NCBI GenBank assembly: GCA_964458565.1
Contig: CAYWJO010000004.1
Coordinates: forward strand, 81,974 to 145,973
Length of the DNA: 64,000 nt
DNA from: an uncultured archaeon
Lineage (GTDB): Archaea > Asgardarchaeota > Thorarchaeia > Thorarchaeales > Thorarchaeaceae
Direction: 5' to 3'
Both the position numbers and the translations under genes were made by a program. Below, piece after piece: positions 58,089 through 64,000 of the stretch. Under the pieces are notes generated by a model, which saw nothing but the letters and a program-made list of their open reading frames with translations, was not told where the DNA came from and did not search any database. Position 1 is the stretch's first letter. The number at the start of each line of letters is the position of its first letter.

Positions 58089-59417
58089 TTGACTATAATG
58101 GATTCTGACAGCTCTGCATCGAATCGCGAGAATTCAAAATATCCGGAAAATAAATTGAATTACCCATTTAGAGATCTATCAAATGAGAAAGTGCTCTTTC
58201 TTTTTAATAAGTTGACTGGTGTTGCACCATACACACATGAATTTGTTGCGGGGGGAAATGATCCTCACCTACTAGCAAGTTTCGTTTCTGCAATGTCAAA
58301 TTTCATGGAAGAAGTCCTAGGATCCAAACAACCTCATTGGAGGACTGAATATGGAACAAATGCAACTCTGCTTGTTGAAGAGGGGGAATGGGTAGTTGGG
58401 TGCCTAGCCGTATCAAGAGAAACTAACGAAGCTCGAAGTAAACTCAGAAGGATTGTTAAAGAGTTTGAGGAAAGTTTTGCGGCTCTCAAATATGATGATT
58501 TTTTTGAAGGTGGAATATTCGAGGAATTTGATAAATTTAGTTCACGTACTTTCTTAGGGGACCGTCTTACTGAGAATACGCGGGTTTGGAAAGCAGCAAA
58601 CTGGTCTGAAATGATAGGAATGCACAATTTACCAAGTACTGCGTTTCAAAACAAGAAATTCTTACTTGAACTTCAAGACGGTTTACCAATCAAATCGATA
58701 TCGAATAGGAGCGATGTTTCATATGAAAAATACATGACGTTAATCACTCAATCTGTGTGGAATGGTGCCACTTATTTACAATATATTCCAACCATGAATG
58801 ATATATTATCAATTCCAGTTGGTTCAATTTCTACTATCTTGAATACACAAAATCCCCTCAATCTCTCTATCAACACTATGTTAGTGATCAGTTCTTTAAC
58901 AGGGCTTCATCCAATAAAGAACTACGTTGAGCTGATAGAGTCAAGTCATCTAAATGAAACGTTAATTGAACTCGGAATGCTCACAACTCAAGGTTTTCTT
59001 CAGAAAATTACTCTTGAACAAAGTATACTTCTCATGAATTGGTGTATTTTGAAACGGCTTGCAAAGATGTGTTTAAGATACATTGATGCTCATAAATTCG
59101 AAGACTTAATTCAGAGTATAATGCAGTATTCTATCATAGATCATCCCTGGCTTGGACGTGTGCGAATTTCACCAGAGGGTACCGTTAGTCTTGAACTGAG
59201 TCCACATATGACTCCCTCCGATTTGGATCAGATGTACGAGGACATCGATTTTTTAATTCAATGCATCAACATGGAAATTAAAGGAAATAGATGGCTGGAA
59301 GAATCATTTGTCCAGAAATTGAGAAAGCAATTGATTAGAAATAAATGCAAAATCAAAGATATTCGGGAAGAATGTTCCAGAATATGGATGGAGTACCTCA
59401 AGGGAACTTCTTTCTAA
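58089..59417 (+). CDS. Longin-like domain protein with tandem winged-helix-like C-terminus
   Basis: VLFLFNKLTGVAPY...DPHLLASFVSAMSNFMEEV...LRRIVKEFEESF; paralog of 18311-19039. Confidence 0.65.
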   Translation: MTIMDSDSSASNRENSKYPENKLNYPFRDLSNEKVLFLFNKLTGVAPYTHEFVAGGNDPHLLASFVSAMSNFMEEVLGSKQPHWRTEYGTNATLLVEEGEWVVGCLAVSRETNEARSKLRRIVKEFEESFAALKYDDFFEGGIFEEFDKFSSRTFLGDRLTENTRVWKAANWSEMIGMHNLPSTAFQNKKFLLELQDGLPIKSISNRSDVSYEKYMTLITQSVWNGATYLQYIPTMNDILSIPVGSISTILNTQNPLNLSINTMLVISSLTGLHPIKNYVELIESSHLNETLIELGMLTTQGFLQKITLEQSILLMNWCILKRLAKMCLRYIDAHKFEDLIQSIMQYSIIDHPWLGRVRISPEGTVSLELSPHMTPSDLDQMYEDIDFLIQCINMEIKGNRWLEESFVQKLRKQLIRNKCKIKDIREECSRIWMEYLKGTSF

Positions 59418-59516
59418 GCTTTGAGAGCATCTTTAACTCAATTATATCTCAGATATATTAATATCCATCGCATTAAAGAATGAACTGATTATCTAACCAA
59501 AGGGGATCTTGTTAGA

Positions 59517-60593
59517 GTGGATGACTATCAATTAATAGTATCTCTTATAGATGGAACAAATGATTTGGTATATAGTGTTCTACCCAATCGAAGTTTCGAG
59601 TTTGTGAATAATGCGTGGCTCAAACAGCTTGGTTATACAGAACAAGACCTTACCAATTTGAAGCTAAAAGACACTCTGTTTCCTGGCTCTCTAAGGAAAC
59701 ATGACGAACTTGTTTCAGAAGTGCTAGCAGGTGCATCCAAGTCTGGTGCTGAGTTCACTCTATTAACAAAGAACGGTACACGTCTCGATGTTGAGGGCAA
59801 TATGTTTCCACGAATGGAAGATAAGAACATCGTAGCAGCCACAGGATTCTTTCGAAACGTAACAGAACAAAAACGGGCTCAAAACGAAATTGAGGATGCA
59901 CGCTCAAAAATTGAGTTTATCACTGACCTGATGATTCATGACCTTACGAATATCAATCAGGAGATTCTCTCAATGTTTGAGATTTTTCTTTACGATCCCT
60001 CATTAGAACGTCATCATAAAAGTCTGGTTCAGGAGGGAATAAATGAAGTCGAAAAAGCATCCAAACTGATTGCAAATGTCAGGAAGGTGGCAGGATTTGA
60101 TGAGGTTGCACCTGAACAGATTGACTGGGATGTCTGGAAGGTCTTTAAGCACGCCCAAGAAGAAGTGGCCCTGAAGTTTCCAGAGAAAATTCTGCATTTG
60201 AAGACAAACATCCACGAGAATGAATACTTTCTGAGAGCAGATAGATTTCTCCCAGATGTTTTTTTCAGCCTCCTGCATAACTCTACTAAATTCGACAGGA
60301 GTGATGAGGTTGTTATTGAAATCAATGCCGAACCGATCAAGCATACCCCCTTCTTAAGGATAGAGGTCAAAGATTTTGGGCCAGGAATACCTGATGCAGA
60401 AAAAGCAGATATTTTTATAAAAGCTCAAAGACGGGAGAGTATTTTAGGTACAGGAATCGGTCTATCATTGGTTAAAGCCCTTGTTAAGAATTATGGTGGA
60501 TATATCAATATAGAGGATAGAGTTGAAGGTGATTATACTAAAGGTGTTAATTTCATTCTAATGCTTAGAAGAGCAAAGAGTGTTGATTTATAA
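59517..60593 (+). CDS. PAS-domain sensor histidine kinase
   Basis: PAS (FVNNAW...LGYT), HDLTN, DFGPGI, GTGIGL. Confidence 0.92.
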   Translation: MDDYQLIVSLIDGTNDLVYSVLPNRSFEFVNNAWLKQLGYTEQDLTNLKLKDTLFPGSLRKHDELVSEVLAGASKSGAEFTLLTKNGTRLDVEGNMFPRMEDKNIVAATGFFRNVTEQKRAQNEIEDARSKIEFITDLMIHDLTNINQEILSMFEIFLYDPSLERHHKSLVQEGINEVEKASKLIANVRKVAGFDEVAPEQIDWDVWKVFKHAQEEVALKFPEKILHLKTNIHENEYFLRADRFLPDVFFSLLHNSTKFDRSDEVVIEINAEPIKHTPFLRIEVKDFGPGIPDAEKADIFIKAQRRESILGTGIGLSLVKALVKNYGGYINIEDRVEGDYTKGVNFILMLRRAKSVDL

Positions 60594-60607
60594 TTGGAGG
60601 ATGAACA

Positions 60608-60964
60608 ATGGTTAGAATAATGATTGTTGATGATGATTTATATCTTCATAAAGTACTTGAACGAATCCTGGTTTTAGGTGGTCATGAGATTGTTGGGCAT
60701 GCATATAATGGCGCTGAGGCTATCGAACAATTTGTTGGAATGAATCCTAAACCTGATATTATCCTGATGGACCATAGAATGCCTGTGATGAATGGTACAA
60801 CTGCAACACAAGAACTCATCAACATTGATTCAAGCGTTAAAGTGATATTCATAAGCGCAGATGAGTCTGTTTATGAAGAGGCGATGAATTCTGGATCTCT
60901 CGTATTCTTGACGAAACCAATCCGCGCAAAAACTATTTTCGCCACACTTGAGAAATACGCTTGA
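60608..60964 (+). CDS. Stand-alone response regulator receiver (CheY-like)
   Basis: IVDDD, LMDHRMPVMNG, ISA, KP. Confidence 0.93.
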   Translation: MVRIMIVDDDLYLHKVLERILVLGGHEIVGHAYNGAEAIEQFVGMNPKPDIILMDHRMPVMNGTTATQELINIDSSVKVIFISADESVYEEAMNSGSLVFLTKPIRAKTIFATLEKYA

Positions 60965-61155
60965 GATTGAAATGAAATTCATCTTACGTGTTCATTACAA
61001 ATGCCGGATGATTCTTGATGATTTAATACTGAAGAACTAATCAGTTTAGGATTACTTTCTTTCCGAATGATTAAAGCGCAATAATTGAGATGTGGTTGTT
61101 TTTGATAATCCCACTCGATAAAGATTCAAAGTGGATTTTCTAGAAAAGTACACAG

Positions 61156-61380
61156 TCATGGTCGGTTGAATTCTAGGGTGAATTTTATACCCTTTGAACC
61201 CAGTGAACTGAAGTTATTGTCAACTAGAATCTTACCTTTGTAACGGTGAACAAGATTTCTTACTAGTGGTAGACATATTCCACTACTTGGTACTCTTGTT
61301 TGCGAGTAAAATAGGTGATTTTTTTCAGAACCACTTAAACAGGTCCGTTATCTATTATCTCGATTATGAGTTCAGTGTTA
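61156..61380 (-). pseudogene. Degenerate histidine kinase HATPase fragment
   Basis: ELIIEIIDNGP, a 1-nt frameshift, then LSGSEKNHLF...SGICLPLVRNLVHRYKGKILV...GIKFTLEF*. Confidence 0.65.
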
Positions 61381-61952
61381 ATGAGATTCAGATTATGCCT
61401 GTAGACAACCAGAGCGAGGTGGTTTTGCGGTGATTACGATTTCCACCTTCCTAGCGCACCATCCATCACTTTTGATATACCAATTAATTATATTCATGAT
61501 TTTAGAGCATTGATTAATCTGATGACGATTTGATGATATTTGTCTTCTGATGTGAAATAATATTCCCTTTCTCTAATCCCTTTTCGAGTGTATTCTTTCA
61601 TCGCCGGGTTCCAGAGAATCTTGGATTTGCTAGCTGTGGTCGCACACACTACAGCTAGCATATAAAAAAAATAAAAAAATACACACACATTCTATCTGTA
61701 ATCCACACATAGAAGTCATTACTTCAAATGCCATTACATACATTGATAGCATCACAATGATTTCCTGTCATAATTCAACACTCGGTAAGATTATGAAGCT
61801 ATGAGAAATCCTATGCCATTTTTTCTTCTAGAAAACAGACATCAAGAATATATAATGATACTTTTTAAAGACTATTACACTTTCGTCTGGAACTATAGAG
61901 AAATAACTGAGTGAGTATCATGTTCTATCAATATATACATAGGTAGTTCATA

Positions 61953-63810
61953 TTAGATCTTGGTTGATTGACTTGTGGGCAGTATGAGAACGAAGTTTGC
62001 ACCCTGAGTATAGTCATCTTTGACTCTATCTTCCACCCATACTCGACCCCCAAGAGTGTCAATAATGTTTTGCAGCAGCGTAAGACCGATACCCGAACCA
62101 AGATATCCCCTTCTCCCTAATGATACTCGTTTGAATAAGTTGCGTTTCAAGGTATCAGGAATACCGCGACCCCAATCTGAAACCTGTATCTTAGCTTGCT
62201 CTTTCTTCTTATCGATGTCAACTTTGACTTCCACCTTTACAACCTCATTAGGACTGTAATTCATCGCGTTATGGAATAGTGCGTAGAAGACATCCTGTAG
62301 ATATTCATTAGCCATTATCTGGATTTGTTTGGATTCGAGATTTGTCGTGAGTTTCAAACTTTTTTGTGGAAAGCTTTCTTGAACTGCATCCGCTGAAGAT
62401 AATAGAACTTCGTTGAGGTCCAGAGGTATAATCTCGGGGGGATTATCACTAAAATGCACGAATTTTTTCACATCGGAAATAAGTCGAGCGCTACGATCCA
62501 CCTGCTGGAGAGAATCAATCACGAGTTTTGAAGTATGCTCGCTTAGGGATTCATCATAAAGTAACAAGTCGAGTGTCATATTTATGGCTTGATTGATATT
62601 TGAGAGGTCGTGACCCATGACATCAACAAAGAATTTTGCTCGATCACGTTCTTTCTCAATTTTCATTTCAGATTCTTTTCGTTCTGTAATATCCCAAAAA
62701 ATACCAAGTATTCCAACACACTCGTTGTTCTCATTGAATACAGGAACCTTTACCGTATGACCAAATCGTTCTTCACCATCTTTGATAAAGGATTCATCTA
62801 TCTCAAGAGCTTGTCCTGATTCTATTACCTCTAAATCTCTCTTCCTGTATTGTTCTGCTATGTTCTTTGGATATATATCAAAATCCGTTTTCCCATCTAT
62901 ATTCTCAGGCTTAATACCAATATCCTCTGAAAAGGCAGGATTGCAGGTGATATAGATAGATTCCTGATTCTTGTAGAAGACTTTTTGTGGTATATTATTA
63001 AGTAGATTTCTGTATTTTTTCTCAGATTCTCTAAGTGCTTCCTCGGTCTTTATCTGCTCTGTTATGTCTTCAATCATCTTTATCGCAAATTGAATATTCC
63101 CTTGTGAATCTAATGCAGCTGAAACATTCAAACGGCCATTGATGGTTTGACCGTCCTTTCGGAAATATCTCTTCATCATCTGATAGCCATTTCTTTTTCC
63201 CTCAATCATTTCTTGATAGAGAAGATCATCTTGTACTTGATCCTCCGGTTGGCTAAAATCAGCAACTTTTAGTGAAATTAGTTCGTCTTCGGTATATCCA
63301 AGGATTTTACATAGAGCTGGATTTGCCGCCCAGTTCGAACCAACATCACTTCCATACGATATTCCGATTCCAGCATTCTTGAAAACTAACCTAAAGCGTT
63401 CTTCACTGGTTCGAAGCGCCTCTTCAGCATGCTTTTGTTCGCTTATATCCGTAAAGACACCTAGTCCTCCAATTATCATACCGTCTTCATCAGTGTGTGG
63501 AATTGCAGAAATTCTCATAATTCTTTGTTTACCATCTTTACGAATCATCTCAAGCTCGTATGTAGAAGCCATTCCTGCTTTTCTTGCTACTGTGCCACTT
63601 CGGACTTTTTCTATATCTTCAGGATTGATGATATTTAAGAGATTCACATTCAGGAGTTCCTCCACCTTATATCCAAGCAGCTTGGCAAGTGTGTTATTAA
63701 CAAAAACAAAATTCTCTTCAAGATCTGTAATTCCAATACCTTCAGGGAGTGATGTGATGAGTCTTCTATAACTCTGTTCACTTCTTTGTAGCGCTTCTTC
63801 GGCCTGTTTA
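61953..63810 (-). CDS. Multi-PAS sensor histidine kinase, 5'-incomplete (frame open beyond 63665)
   Basis: Three PAS-PAC units, HDLSN, DWGRGI, GSGIGL. In-frame ERKQAEEALQRSEQSYRRLITSLPEGIGITD lies upstream of the called GTG. Confidence 0.9.
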
Positions 63811-64000
63811 CGTTCCGGCGCATGGAGGACAGCAAAAATGCGCTGCGCTTCGTTGAGTGCATCCCTGGCCTGGTCAAGCTGCTTTTTCGAGAGCGCCAGT
63901 AGCCCTTGCCCCAGGTAAGCAGCGGCCAGGTCACGCTGGGCGCCAATACGACGGGCGATACCAAGCGACTGCCGGTAGCTGCCTTCAGCAGCCTCGCTGC
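63811..64000 (-). other. GC-rich TPR-like coding segment, probable foreign or chimeric sequence
   Basis: Hand count: 125/200 GC in 63801-64000 versus 65/180 in 63601-63780. Encodes EAAEGSYRQSLGIARRIG...LAAAYLGQG...ARDALNEAQRIF. Confidence 0.6.

Noticed and set aside
63650-63964. 104-aa minus-strand ORF
   Set aside because: It is an alternative frame. The kinase frame is open across the same bases and gives recognisable PAS and TPR sequence.

Overview
Archaeal chromosomal DNA of roughly 40% GC, most likely from an Asgard archaeon of Thorarchaeia type. This is inferred from an ESCRT-III/Snf7 gene, two longin-like proteins, a presenilin-like protease, Thr-linker-anchored OppA and HDLxN-type kinases. 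From left to right the window holds: a >1000-aa GCS2-type ligase with Ig-like repeats (open at the left edge and missing from the ORF track), a peptide ABC transporter cluster (oppDF, oppC, oppB, oppC, oppA), about 35 housekeeping or hypothetical genes, two DapA-Fae fusion paralogs and a two-component signalling cluster. Two hidden recoding or splicing signals stand out. (1) oppB carries a 31-nt frameshifting insert (9040-9070) that folds into a relaxed bulge-helix-bulge motif on a long exon-exon stem. Cutting at the BHB-predicted positions restores the EAA motif exactly, so it is a candidate tRNA-type intron in an mRNA. (2) A chlI/chlD-like gene is split at an A9 slippery run, and a -1 shift would give a ChlD-like protein with two transmembrane helices. 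Several intergenic stem-closed RNAs carry anti-Shine-Dalgarno-like loops, one of them complementary to the oppA translation start. The last ~200 bp are GC-rich and probably chimeric. No rRNA, tRNA, CRISPR array or intact mobile element was seen.
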